The position numbers and the translations under genes were made by a program. A stretch of DNA of 64,000 nt from Pelomyxa schiedti (lineage: Eukaryota > Protista > Evosea). The notes below the pieces were generated by a model. It saw only the letters and a program-made list of their open reading frames with translations, ran no database searches and was not told the DNA's origin. The stretch is from the NCBI GenBank assembly GCA_020536535.1, contig JAHLWZ010000834.1, positions 26,337 to 90,336 on the forward strand, written 5' to 3'. How positions within the stretch are numbered: the first letter of the stretch is position 1; every line of letters starts with the position of its first letter. Positions 48,665 through 61,928 of this stretch are shown here, one piece after another.

Positions 48665-49882
48665 ATGAAGTTCGGTTGGGGTTGTCTGCTTCTCGTGTCG
48701 TTTGTCCTGTTGTTTGGATGTGGAGTTAACGGGGAAGTGGTTTTGGATATGGGGGAGGCTTATTCCACTCTCTACTACGCCTTTTCTGCTTTTTGTGTTC
48801 CTGACATTCTGGTATTGGCTGGAGACCACCTCCCCTTTTGGTGTTCTCTTAACTATGAAACTAGGCTACATGGAACTGCACTGCTTGTCAACACAACCCA
48901 TATTTCCAACTTGACACTGTTGTGAGTGACAAAGAAACAGGTACTTAAAATTTCGTGGGATTATTAACTTTGAACCTCTTCTAGGAACGTATGGCTATGT
49001 GGGTTACGATCCTGTTAACTGTATCTTCAATATATTATTTAAGATTGCAGTAACGGCATATAGTAACCGTTGTGGCGGCGTACCGGGGAAGCTGGAACAT
49101 CAGGAATGATATCATTGATATTGACGTAATGATGAACTATGATTACGAGGACATGCCGGATGCTGGTGTCCATTCAGGGTTCTATGCTGGATGGCTGGTA
49201 CGAGTATACCGTTTTGTTAGGTTTTGAGGTCCCTCTTAGAATTCGAACACAGGCACTGAAAGACCAAGTAGTCCAGGCTGTGAATAGACTTCTCTCAAAT
49301 CACACAGATACGAAAAGAGGTAAACCACTTGTCATACTTGACTGTTATATTTATAATTATAGTGCTTTGCACTGGCCATTCTCTGGGAGCTGCACTTTCA
49401 GGATTTACAGCAGTACATCTCCGGAACATACTACCGAGCACTATTGAGGTACAACTGGTACCTCAATGGCTACTTCAACTTCTTACTGTGTCTAGGTTGA
49501 GATGAAAAACTTCGGCATGCCACGTATAGGTGATGCTGATTTCGCGTTTGGAGTCACCACTATGCTTCCTTCTTCATGGAGGATGGTACATTTGTGTGAT
49601 ATGGTTCCACACGTGCCGCTAGATGTGCGGTTCCATCACGTACCAACAGAGATATGGGAATACGATGTTGGATTGTACAAGGTACCCGTACATCCACACA
49701 CCCAAAAATAACATTACCGTAATATTCCCCATTCATTCCTCACCAATAACAACAAGGTGTGTGACCTAACGGGCGAAGATCCAACCTGTGCCGATTCAAT
49801 ACCACCACTGCAGTGGTCTCCTGATGACCACATGGTATACATGGATGTACCAGTGGACTGCTGTGGCCCCTGCAAGGATTAA
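48665..49882 (+). CDS. Secreted class-3 lipase
   Basis: Signal peptide, YGYVGYD, AYRGS, VHSGFY, TGHSLGAA, NFGMPRIGD, RMVHLCDMVPHVP, HHVPTEIW, GEDPTCADS, DDHMVY. Confidence 0.92.
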
Positions 49883-50067
49883 GAATGAATGTGAACTTCT
49901 AATAGCTCCGCTCTCATCGTCGAGACCGGGAAAAATAACAATTCACCACCGCATCGACTTCGTTTTCGCCAAAAAACCTTTATTCAGCGAAACGAACATA
50001 ACAGAGCAAAAAATTCGCACCAACACAACCAAAAGGAAAAAGGGGAGAGAGCGCAAGGGCAAAGTCA

Positions 50068-53000
50068 ATGCACAACAACAGCACGAGCACAAACAGCTCG
50101 CACGGCCGCCTGCGGGCCCTCAAGGTGGCCCCCTCCGGCACCGCGAGTGCCGCCCAGCAGCTGATGCAGCAGCAGCGCGGCACCAGGTCGCTGTCCCCCC
50201 GCCCCTCGCCCACCGCCTCCGCCCTGGCCTCTGCCCCCACCGCTGCAACAACCCAAGGGGGGGCCGCGGCGTCCGGGGCCAGCGGCGGCGGGGGGCCGTC
50301 GCAGCTGCAGCAGGCCACGGCAATCACGACGACTGCCTCGGTAACCACTGGCGCCTCTTTGAACTTCCAGGCACCCGGCGGGGTGCTGATGGGCGGAATC
50401 CCAACTACGTCGTCGGGTAACGCCGCGATTATGGGACAGATGATGTCTCAGCAGCTGCTGCAACAACAGCAGCAGCAGATTCAGGCACAACAAGTTCAGA
50501 CCACGCAACTTGCGCCACTGCCCCAGGAAGTTGTGCACAACATCAACTTGGCGGCCAACAGCGCGATTTTGCAGACGCAACAGATGCACCCGCTCGTTCA
50601 AATGCAACTTGCGATGCAGCAGCCTCAATTGACACCTTTGTTCGATAGTTCCGGTGTTGGAAACACGGCGTCTGCTGCTAATGCTAACGCAAATGCCAAT
50701 GCCAGTGCCAGTGCTAATGCTAATGCGGCTGCCACTGGGGTTTCTAGCCCTCTCAGGGTTCTTGCTTCCTTGGATACCATGAAATATGGAAGCAAACCAA
50801 AGTAAGTGCCCGTCTTCATTCACATCGAATTATGGGGTGGGACCAGTGAATTTGTTTTGCGTAATTGCTCATTTGAATAAAGCCCACCCCTATCACGCCG
50901 AAATTCACAGGCACTTAAATCAAATAAAACGAGGAGTACACGAGGTGCCCTTGCATTGGCGGACTCTATAGAGGTCTTTTTTTTTTTTTTTGTCATCATT
51001 AAAGAAAAGAACTTTAATTTTGTCCAGAGAGTAGAGGAGTTGGAAAGTATAATAGCATTAAAAGACAGGCAAGTAAAAAGGCTTGAACAACAGCTTGGTC
51101 TGAAAGTAGTTAACTATACTCTTAAGGTATTCTTACTCCTTTTCAGGGTGGAAGCTCTTTCAGCCAACCTACAAAACTTTCCAGTTTAAGAGTAAGTTTT
51201 ATTCATTGATGGCGTGTAACCAAACTAACTATTCAAATAGGTTGAGGGTGGGGCCTTACTTGGCCAAACTTCCGCTAACCCACAAGTTCCAAACAGGTTG
51301 TACAATACTCAAACTTTTGAAGGCACTAAATAATAGCAAGTTACTTCAAAAGAAACCAGAGATCAATCCGAAATTTAGTGAAACCAAGTCTTGATCAAAA
51401 CTATCACGGGTAAGGTCTCATTTATTACTGATACAAATTAACTCAACTGTAACAGGCCTTTACCACCAAAGATAAATTCTCAAACCAAACTTCCTACACT
51501 ACAAATCAAGAATGGACATTCAAAGTTAGCCACTATCCCTCAACCTTCAGTTGTAGCCCAGCCAACAACAGCCATCCCTCCCCCACAACCTGTTACAAAC
51601 CCTCCAGCTGAAGTTCCTGCTGTAACTACAATTCCGTCATCAGTAATTTCTGTTGTTTCCACTCCCTCAATGGTACCCTCAAAAACTACAATACCAAGTA
51701 CATCTACAGCTGCCACTAGCAGTGGCTCAGGCCATGTTAATACTCGTACGTCAACACACACACAAATGGTTGGTGGCTCTCCATCCCCACAAATTTCTGC
51801 CAAACGATTTGAAGAAGCATGCCTTAGGTAAACAGCAATTTCCCACGTTTGTCGTTCTCACCTAATTTAGTCTAAATCACGTATTTGAGTTTATCTCCTC
51901 TATATCAACTTCACTTCATGATGTTGAGCAAGCCCGACAAAGAATTTGTTCAGAGGTAGAAGTGACCTAAAGCCTGAGACCCTCACCCTTTAGGCAGGTG
52001 GTTAAGCTCTTCAATGTGGAACGGGCCTATATATATGAAGTCCACAAGCCTCAAAGTTTATTGGCACTCCATACACAGTTTCTACTTGTAAAACTAAGGA
52101 ATCAATCTCATTTCTTGACAGAGATCCTGCCTCCACCGAGTTGCAGACATTTTTTTATCCAATGACCAAAGGAATATGTGGGAAAGTGGCTACGATGAGT
52201 AATACGCTAAACATTTCAAATGCAACTTTACACAAAGAATTTGATCATGATATTGATGACAAAGTTTTTATACCATTTGTTCTCATTTTTTTATTAATTC
52301 CAAAAAAGTATGGTATAAAGACAACCACAATTCTGTGTGCCCCAATTATCACTGATGGGGCAGTATCTGGAGTTATCCAGCTTGTAAATAAAAATCCTGA
52401 CCAGAATAATTCCATCCTGTTCACAAGGCAAGATGAACTTTTGCTACAATGTGTTCTGCCACACATAGGTTTCCCTTTTTCCCCCCTTCTTTTATGTCTT
52501 ACACTGGGAAAGCATCCAGTCTTCGTAATTCTCAAATGCTGTCATCCAGAAATCTACTATTAGCTGCAAATCGTACAATTTCGTCGGAATTGGAGCTACC
52601 TCATCTCTATTGGACTATTACTGCTAAGGCTGCCCATTTACTTTCTTGGTTTCATATTCTGTTGAAGGCCTTTTGTACTTAAACATCTTACAGTGAATCT
52701 GCAGCACTCTTTATGCTTGATACACGCTCCAACGAATTATTTCTTACCCCTTCTGGAAGAGATAGTGAATTAACTACGGTAACTAAAGGGGACAATATTG
52801 CTTGGCATGTCTGCACAACTGGTTTTCCTTGCACTCACATCACCTCTTTTTCTCAAAATACTCTTAGGGGAATTCATTCACCTACCAGATGCACAGGCAT
52901 CAACACTATTTAATCCTCTGGTGGACAAACCAAAATCTGTGGAAGCCGTAGTAAATATGATGGCTGCGCCAATTTTCAACTCCAAGTCAACAATAGGTTC

Positions 53001-55875
53001 TCCATGTGACCCTTACTTAATCCACTGATTTTCTCCCCAGGAGTCATTCAAGTAGTTAATAAAATGGGATGTTTCACAGATGAAGATGTCTTCCTCCTGC
53101 AATCGTTTGCATCTCAGGTATGAAAAGTGTTTTATCATGTACCAACTGCAAGGGATCCTAGATCTCCGAGGCTGTTGGCAATGCTACAACATTCACTACT
53201 ACTTTGAGAGGATTTCAGGCAGCCATGTCGACTCAGCACAAGTTCCAAGCACTTCTTGAAATTGCTGGTAGGATTAATTTGTTCGCCCCTGTTACTAACC
53301 AAGGGGAAATCCCTAGAGTCACTCACCAAGCACCTTGATGGAGAAAATCTAATTAAAATGATCCTTCAAAAGGCGCGAACTCTTGTTGATGCTGAAAGGA
53401 GCTCCCTTTTTCTTATTGATGCCTCTGCCAATGAATTGTGCTCTCAAGTTGCAGAAGGGGCAGAAGAAATTCGTTGTCCCATGAACCAAGGAATTGCCGG
53501 GTAAATTGTTAGTGTCTTGCAAAGAATTTTACACATTTAAAGCCATGTGGCAACAACGGGCGAAGTATTGAACATCACTGATGCTTATGCTGATAAAAGA
53601 TTCAATGATGAAGTCGATAAGAAAACAGGTTATCACACACGCAATATTATTTGTGTGCCCATCCGTAATACCCAGGATGACATTATTGGTAAAATTCATG
53701 CTATCATAGAGCCATTTCCACTTATCTGTAATTGAAGGGGTTACACAGATTATAAACAAAAGGAAAGGGGCTTTCACAAAAGAAGATGAAGAGCTTCTAA
53801 AAGCATTTAGCATTTTCTGTGGAGTAACCTTGCACAATTCGAATTTGTATCAGAAGGCTATAGAAGCACAAAAACGGTCTCATGCCCTTCTGGATATTGT
53901 ACAAGCTCTTTCAACAGATGCCGAAATTGGACATCTGATGAGGTTTGCTCTGCTTCCTAAAATTCAATACTCACTTTTTCATAGCACAATAATGAAACGA
54001 GCCCGAGAATTGATTGATGCCGACCGTGCTTCTCTTTTTATACTCGATCCAAAGAGCAAAGAGCTTCGATCTCATGTCGCTGACGGAACGGACCAAATCA
54101 TTGTTCCTACATCTTCTTCGATTGTGGGATATGTTGCTTCTACGGGACAAGAGGTAGTGGTTCCCGATGCATACAGTGACCCAAGATTCAATCCTGGAAT
54201 TGACAAAGCAACTGGCTATCACACCAGGAATGTTTTGGCAATCCCAGTTCTCAATGAAAACGGGGAAGTTATAGCTGTCACTGAAATGATTAACAAAGTA
54301 CTTGCATACAAGAAAGATAATTGTTTAACGCAAGTCAGAGAGGGAAAAACCCATTCCAGGAAGAGGACAAGCAATTGCTTAAGGCGTTTGCTCTTTTCTG
54401 TGGAAAAGGCTTATCTGATGTAGCACAACATTTTAAAAGTGCCTTTTTGAAGCCCAAGAGAGTAAGAAAGAAGTCTTCCTATCCTCAACTCACCTGTTTT
54501 AGGCGTATCCTTTGCTTACTCCAAGTGAGAGTGATAAGAATTTGATTCCCAACTTTGACTTTGATGTCCGTGCTTTTGAGGATAGTGAATGTACTTCAAA
54601 CTCCTTTATCTTTCTACTCACTGAAATCCAGCTCTGATACGACTTATTTTTGCAATGTTCGATTCATTTGATCTATTTACGGAGTTCAACATACCAATTC
54701 CAGCATTCTTATGTTTTATGCATGAACTCAGCAAGTCTTATAACTCCGTCCCATATCACAACTTCTACCATGCCATTGATGCAACACAATTTCTGTATTC
54801 TCTTATATGTCACAGCAAGGTTTTGGCCAGTCTTCCCAAGATAGAAATATTCTCAATTTTACTTGCTGCTCTGTGCCATGACGGTTTTTACATAATGGGT
54901 ATTAGTGAGTGTTAACAGTTATAAGTTGATCATGGCGGACTGAATAATACTTTCCAAATAAATGCTCAAACACCTCTGGCACTGCTTTTCTCTGATACTT
55001 CGATCATGGAGACATACCATTGCTCTCGCTCGATTGCTCTGCTTTCTTCCGAATCGAATAATATCCTAGTTAATATGACGGAGAGCCAAAGGCACACAGT
55101 GTGGACCATTGTAATCAGCACTATTTTATCTACAGATATGGCGGTTCACTTTGCGGTTCTAGAAGAGGCATGCATACATATCTTTGATCTGCTTCGTTAA
55201 CTGTGTTAGTTTGAGGCCGCCATTAAATCAAAAGCCACAGTGGACACAGTATCACATAAGTTATTAGCAAAAGTTCTTATGAAGGTGCGTTCCCCTGTTT
55301 GTGATCAATACGTCTAATAACAATTAATCAACAAAAAAAAACTACAGTGCTCAGACATTTCCAATGTTTGCCGGCCCTTCCCTCTAGCTAGAAAATGGGC
55401 AGAGATACTGCTGAACGAATTTTTCGTGTACGTTTTCGCCAGACACTTTTCACACCAGAACAAACACTGTTTAATAGACAAGGAGACATCGAGCGCAGCC
55501 GAGGATTGCCTTCCGCTCCATTTAATCTTCGCGGGAATGTTGTTGTAGCACAAATGCAGATTGGATTCATGAACTCTATAGCGTTCCCCATATTTGGCCT
55601 TCTTTCACAGTTCTTGCCTGACCTTAAGCCGCACACTGTTGATATCCTTGTCAAAAACGCCCAAGAAGTATCCTATCCACTCCCTTGTTTGGAAATTCAC
55701 TAACCCAATTTCTACCCAACCACAAATTCAGTGGACACAAATACTCTCCAATCAATCCAAAAACACAATTACATCACCACCCACATCCACATCCACGTCC
55801 ACACCCACAGCAAGCCCCGCTGCAACTAAAAAGCCTGCAGCAGAGAAAGAACCAACTACCGCCTCTAAGCTCTAA
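50068..55875 (+). CDS. Class I cyclic-nucleotide phosphodiesterase with a Gln-rich N-terminus and about four GAF domains
   Basis: GAF motifs (GICGKVAT..., [13 protein letters not shown]|[37 protein letters not shown]); catalytic [12 protein letters not shown]|VDH, METYH, STDM, SDISN, QGD, QIGF. Confidence 0.93.
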
Positions 55876-55976
55876 CGTGTCTTTGTACATAAATGTGATA
55901 TGATAAACAACACAAGGAAACCTGAAACTTTTTTTTTTTTAAAAACGGCTCTACAAAAAGAAACCAGTGGGATTTC

Positions 55977-58932
55977 TTTATGCAATAGACACAGAAGTAA
56001 ATGTAGCTGCAACAGCTGCAGTGCAAACAGACAAAACAAAGTTCCTAACAGAAATCAACCTACTTAAAGGAGAGCAGAATGTACATTGGGACTGGAAGTC
56101 TTGAAAAGAGAACGTAGGACAGCAGCAACACACAAGAGAGATAGAACAGGTTGCTCACCATAATACTAAAAATGGTTGCTTCTGTGGTGGTCACTTGAAC
56201 CACCTGTGGTTGGAGCTTGTGCTCTGGGCGCGCTTGAAGGAGTCTGTGGGTAAACGGTGAGACAAAGCAAACGGAGTAATGTGAACATAATAAAAAGGAT
56301 GGGATGATAGGGTCATATTAGTGGGATAAATTTCTATTAACGGAGGAGTACAACCTGCTTTTCTGGATCTGAGCCACATTGTGATAGGCAAAAGATATCA
56401 CAACCGCGGAGCCAAGTGATGTTACTAAGTAAACACCAGCATAATCCACCACGTGCATATCCTTAATCGCGTGGAACAGGACTAGATATCATCCAAATGT
56501 TAAGAAATTACAACCCAAAAATAGTAGTAATACGAGGAAAAAGGAGGAGCGAATGTTGTACTAATAGGAATTTGTAGTATTCTGTGTCTCGATGTATATA
56601 CATATTTGTAGTAATATGTATCAGGTATTCACTAAAATGTAGGACACTCACAAACTGGAGCCAAAGAAACCAGAAGGCCGCACAACAAGTACAGAACCCT
56701 CTCAGTCGAATTTGGCTTCTCAATAACAACGGGAGCTGGTGCAGTCCTCATTTCAATTTGGTGGGTTTTCTGGGGAGAAAAAATCGGCACGAGGTTACAC
56801 AGGGGATGTAGGTCAAACACTACGCACTTTGATGCCTGGAGTTTTTTTGTAGAGACCGTGACCCCTCGGCGACGAGAAGCACCAAACTTTTGATCGAAAG
56901 TTTTTTTCCTGTTGTTGACTATTGGGTCAAGACCCTTGACTGCCTAAAAATAGGAAGTGGTGGTGCCACCCAAGTCACAGGCTCTGATTGGGAGTGGACA
57001 GAGGTCCTCAGTTCCAGTCATTGGTGGCAGAGTTGTGGATTTAAGTAAGCTGAACCTATTCTCCACTTAGGTTCTGTAACCATTGGTGCCAACAACACAG
57101 GAAGCAAGAAAAATGAATGGCTTTGTTTCTGATTTTGGTGTTGTTTAGTATCTGGAAGAGCGCCACCTAGCTTGATTGGCAAGGTGGAAGCAATCGGCTC
57201 TGTACGAGCCGTTGGTGCTCAGCCAAAAGGTCACAAATACAACACTAAGGGACAATAGAAGTGCCCCAATACTGCAAAACATGAGTATCCACAGGAAGAT
57301 GTCAAACCGCGCTTCTGCTACCTGGAAATTATCACAGTATTCTACTCCTGTATCTTTTTTCTTTTGGTTAGTTCGTTGGACGGAGCGGAATTTTGGAATT
57401 CACGCACATGGTGAAACGGTCATGTTGTAGCTCGCCAGCAAGTCTGCCTTGTTACTAACCAGAATATAAAAGTACCACTGGAGGGTCGCGAGGAAGTCCA
57501 AATCGCATTGGAAATGTGTTAATTTGGTCCATGAGGAAGAGCAGTTGAACGATTCAGTGCCAAAGGAAGTTGTCAGATGATTTGAATCCTCTCCAGGAGG
57601 TTCGCCTTCCTTGGCATATACGGAAATCGGTCCATTGACACAGAAAGCTCTATAGATAAGTCAAGAAGAAGACAAGAGAAGAGAATTATGTCAGTACATC
57701 TGAAGAGCACTTGTGTCTATGTTCAGAGGAATTGACCATTTGTATAGTTGGGTCTGATGGGCTTCAATTAGTGCAGTCGTTGACCATGGTACACCAAGCT
57801 GCATATTCACAACACCAACTACATCTTTATCTGCTATTTCTACATTGGTGCGGAGGAGCTGTTTCCATGCTGGGAAAAGTACTGTTCCACAGCCTCCAAA
57901 CACAAACAGGATAAGTCCAACAACTCCCATTACAATGCCTGACCACAGTGACTTGCGCCTAAAAGAATGGTCAATATTCATCCATTATTTACCCCCTTCA
58001 CCACCTTCTCACACGTTATTACGAGGATTGTTGTAGTACCTAAAAACAGTTAAGCGGTACTGTTTCATAGCCATCTTGTATCGCTCTTTTCTGTCGGTGA
58101 CATTGAAGGCCATGTCCATCCCATAGCCTGCGTTATTTGGCGCCGGCGCACCCCTGTCGCTTTCAATTTTCGTGCCGTTGATTATCCCTCTCTCCTGCCT
58201 CTTGTCGTCAATAGCAGCAGCAGCAGAGCCGCCAGTGGCGCTGCTATCAGATGCAAAGAGGGGCGAATGGGAGCGGGTACGCAGGAGCCTCAGCTGGCTG
58301 TAATCATACCCCCCGCTCTGCTGCAGCGGGTCGGCTGTCCCCGTCCCCCCTCCACCTGGGGCGGCCCCCCCGACGCTCCAGTCCACCCCCGCCCCGGCCG
58401 CCGCCCCCGAAGCCGAGGAGGACGGCGGGACCGCGGTGGAGAGGTGCGGCTGGTGCTGCTTGTGGTGCGACGCCGCCTGGTGCTGCTGCTGCTGCGGGTA
58501 GTGCGGGTTGGCGATGCTGGTGTGGGCGCTGCGGTGGTGCACCGTCGATGTATGCGACGACGACGACGGGGGAGGCGCCAGCCTGGGCACGGTGGCCGCT
58601 GCGGCCGCCGAGGACGAAGACGCATCGAGGGCCGGGGAGGTAGTGGTCGCAGTTGGTGTCGTTGCCGAGGGTGTGGCGGTGGTGGTGGTTGTGGTGGAAG
58701 CAGAAGGCGTTTCGGCTGGTCGGTCGTCGGTGGTGCTGGCGGTGTCGGGGGCGGTGGCGATGGCGGCTGTTGGGGGTGGGTGCGTGGGCTGCTGGGTGGG
58801 CGATGCCGACGACTTGCGGTCCTCGAAGGGCGACCACTGCACAGACCCCGCGCCAGGCGCGACTGCCACTACGTTCGTGTCGTCGTCGGCTGGTTTCGTG
58901 CCGTCGCCTTCTGTGCCCAACGGTTCGGTCAT
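55977..58932 (-). CDS. Hypothetical multi-pass membrane protein with a long disordered N-terminus; 3' end approximate
   Basis: First exon of ~300 aa, then exons with TM segments (SLWSGIVMGVVGLILFVFGGCG; IFLWILMFCSIGALLLSLSVVFV). Confidence 0.6.
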
Positions 58933-59025
58933 TTGCCTCCCGCAAAATCAGATCGCTGTCTGATGGCGAGGAACCCAACTTGGGGTATCTGACCATCAAA
59001 TCCGATCAGACAACACGAGAAGGTG

Positions 59026-61809
59026 ATGACGGCAGCCTCTGACGTGGAAGTGAGGGTCAAGTATCACGGGCGCGTTGTTGCTGTTTCGATGCCGTTGAGT
59101 GCTACCGTTGACGACCTACAAAATGAAATTATGGTTTGTGGGGCTTGGTAGTTGGTGTACCAACCTTCCCCCTTTTTTTTGTTTTGGTCTTTCCCACAAA
59201 AAGGTGAGGACTGGAGTCGAGCCATCCTCTCAGAAGTTGATGGGAATCAGTGTTCGTGGTTACCCTGACGATCGACCTTTGGGGACAGTACTGCGTGGGC
59301 GCGCAAAGGGCCCTTTGAATATCATGCTTATGGGACTTGCTCCTGATGAAATGGCTCTCACTATTGCTAAGGAAGAACAGTGGAAGGTTGATTTTGATGG
59401 GTTTTTTTTCTTCTATCTTGCTTTATGTGTCTAATTGTGCATAATGTGGAGGAAGATACGGCGGATGTAAGGGCTGCTATAGCTGCACATGAAACCGAGG
59501 AGAATCAAAGGAGGGCCCAGGAACTTGAGAGAGAAAATAGACTGAGGGAGCAAGCTCAAAGAGAAAGGGAGAGGCAGCAAGCTGAGCAACTTAGACGGTG
59601 ATCATACGTCTCTCCTGCAATTTTCTCACTCATGTGTCCAGTGCTCAAGCGTGGAACTATGATAGAAGTGGGTTGTGGAGTTCCCAATCATTTTCTCTCA
59701 GGACCTCAGGTGGACCTCATCCACCGGGAGTTTACCCCCATAATATGCCTCCAATGGTTTTCTTCCAACTAAAATTTTATGGTTTCCTAAGTCAATACAG
59801 GCGGCGGAGTCTGACCCAAATGCTGCCCTTACGATTACACTTCAAGTTTTTTCTGCTGCAATGAACCCAAAACACGAAGAATCACCAATGAACCTCGAAC
59901 TCGCGGACAAATGTATGATATTTACTTTTTCTTTTGGTTTTTTTTGACGTGAAGCAGTCATCCTTCCCCCTTCAGTACTGGATAGTATAGGTAAGATGCA
60001 TGGCTCTTCTATACCACTGACGGTGAAATGAAGTGTCCCGCAGAATTGCAATGCCAATCGTTTTTCGGGTGGAATCTCCATCTCCGAATTCAGCCGCCAA
60101 GACTTCTCTTTTCACCCATGGAAGTGCTTTGGAGTTCACTTCTCCTGAAGGAATAGCCTACCTTCCATTTTGGGTTTTCTTGCAGAACCCAATTTATACT
60201 GCTAACTCTCATTTTTAATACAAGATGATGAACAAACTACTTATTCAAGAAGGTGACAGCGCCATTTTTTCTACTGTAACTCTGCCTCGCGGAAGCTCCG
60301 TTGTTCTACAGCCCTTATCTGCTGAGTGGGTGCGGCTTGGCTCCCCAAAAGCAATGTAAACGACACTACCTAAGTTCTTCAACAAACCTTTTTTCAGACT
60401 AGAAGAGCATCTATCTCGTTTTCAATCACTGTCAACTGGAGATGTCATACACATACCATACCAAGGGCATACACTCCCTTTGAACGGTAACGACATGTTC
60501 CAGTTTCTACCGTATTTATTGTGTCAGTTGTGAGTGTATCCTCTGAAACAACCGAAGAGATTCCAGCAGTTATTATCGCGGAAACAGATTTGACAATTAA
60601 CCTCTTACCACCCGTGTCAGTCGATTCCCTACCCAAACACACCACACTTGAGAATGCAGTACCTGTGGACGACAGGCTCGATCCTGGTTTGAATGTCTAC
60701 CTGCTTTGGGGACTTCGCCATTAAATTACTGGTAGACAAATATGCATATTTTACGTTTGTCGTGGACTTTCCCACAGCGTTGAAGATATCGGTGGAACCC
60801 ATCACTGACACTCCAGAATTTGCTCTGTAGATATATAGTTTCTTCCTTCTCTTTAATACCTGTCACACAGAGGAGATCCAGATTTGTATTTATCACATAG
60901 TTGTGAATACCCTTCTTTAACTTGCTTTACCTGGGAAGCGCAAGAACAAGGTTTCTTTCACATTGGTGACGTTACTTGTAACCTGCGACAGGTGCAACAG
61001 CAATCATCTTGGACACAAGTGACAAAAATTACACGCAAGGACGGTACTTCCTTGGTGTTCATGCATATAAACATCCGTTACATTTCAAGTTGATCCTTCA
61101 ACCATGTGTGTGTTTTCAGTACCGCCAATTTACTGACTTACTTTCAGGTGAAGGAAGTCTACTGGGTACCGCCAGTTCCGTTGTTGGCACAGATTCCGTG
61201 ACTTGTTCAAATTGGTAGAGGTGCTATTTTCTTCTTCTTCTCACCTACGAAAGCTTGCAACAGATATCGTCGGCTTCTTCAAGTATGCACGAACTTCATT
61301 GTCGAAGGCGCAACACCCGGTGCTCGAAATGTGGCAAAGTTATGTTGATAAATCAAAGAGACAAACACGAAGGTATTTACAAACCCAACAACAGATCTGA
61401 TATTCCCCACTAAAAGATATTTCTCATACCTTGGTAAGTCCCCTTCTCTCCTGCAGGCTAACCCCATGACCTCAAGTTAAAATGCCACTGTGGAGCCTTA
61501 TTTGAACAAAAAGTTTTGATGATCCACATGCAAACAGAGTGTCCTCAAAGACTGGTTTTCTCCACAGCCATTCAACAGAACCCCAGTTCTTACCTTTATT
61601 CAAAGGTACCCTGTTCCTATTGCGAGTTACAATGCCCAGCAGCCACACTAGGGGACCACCAAAATGCTTGTGGTTCCAAAACCACCAATTGCCCCATTTG
61701 CGATTTCCCATTGGCCCGAAAAGGTTATTTCTTCTCAACTGTGCTCTCTACCTTAACATCCTCCCAACCAGAATTGCAAAACCACATGATCCAGGCACAT
61801 ACACACTAA
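59026..61809 (+). CDS. UBL / coiled-coil / UFD1-like / PPC-like / TRAF-type zinc-finger protein
   Basis: UBL: VRVKYHG..TVDDLQ..TGVEPSSQKLMG. UFD1: DK|VILPPSVL, PIVFRV, THGSALEFTSPEGIAYLPFW, LPRGSSVVLQP. Then GDPDLYLS..YFLGVHAY and several CxxC/H..C fingers. Confidence 0.8.
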
Positions 61810-61928
61810 TACTATTTAAAAAAATGCAATAAAAGACAAAAAAAAAAAAGCGCCGATGCAGTGTGGGTGCATTTTTAGAACCAAAATTAAACAAGAAAGT
61901 GATGCGGTCCGCGATAAAAACAGAGGAG

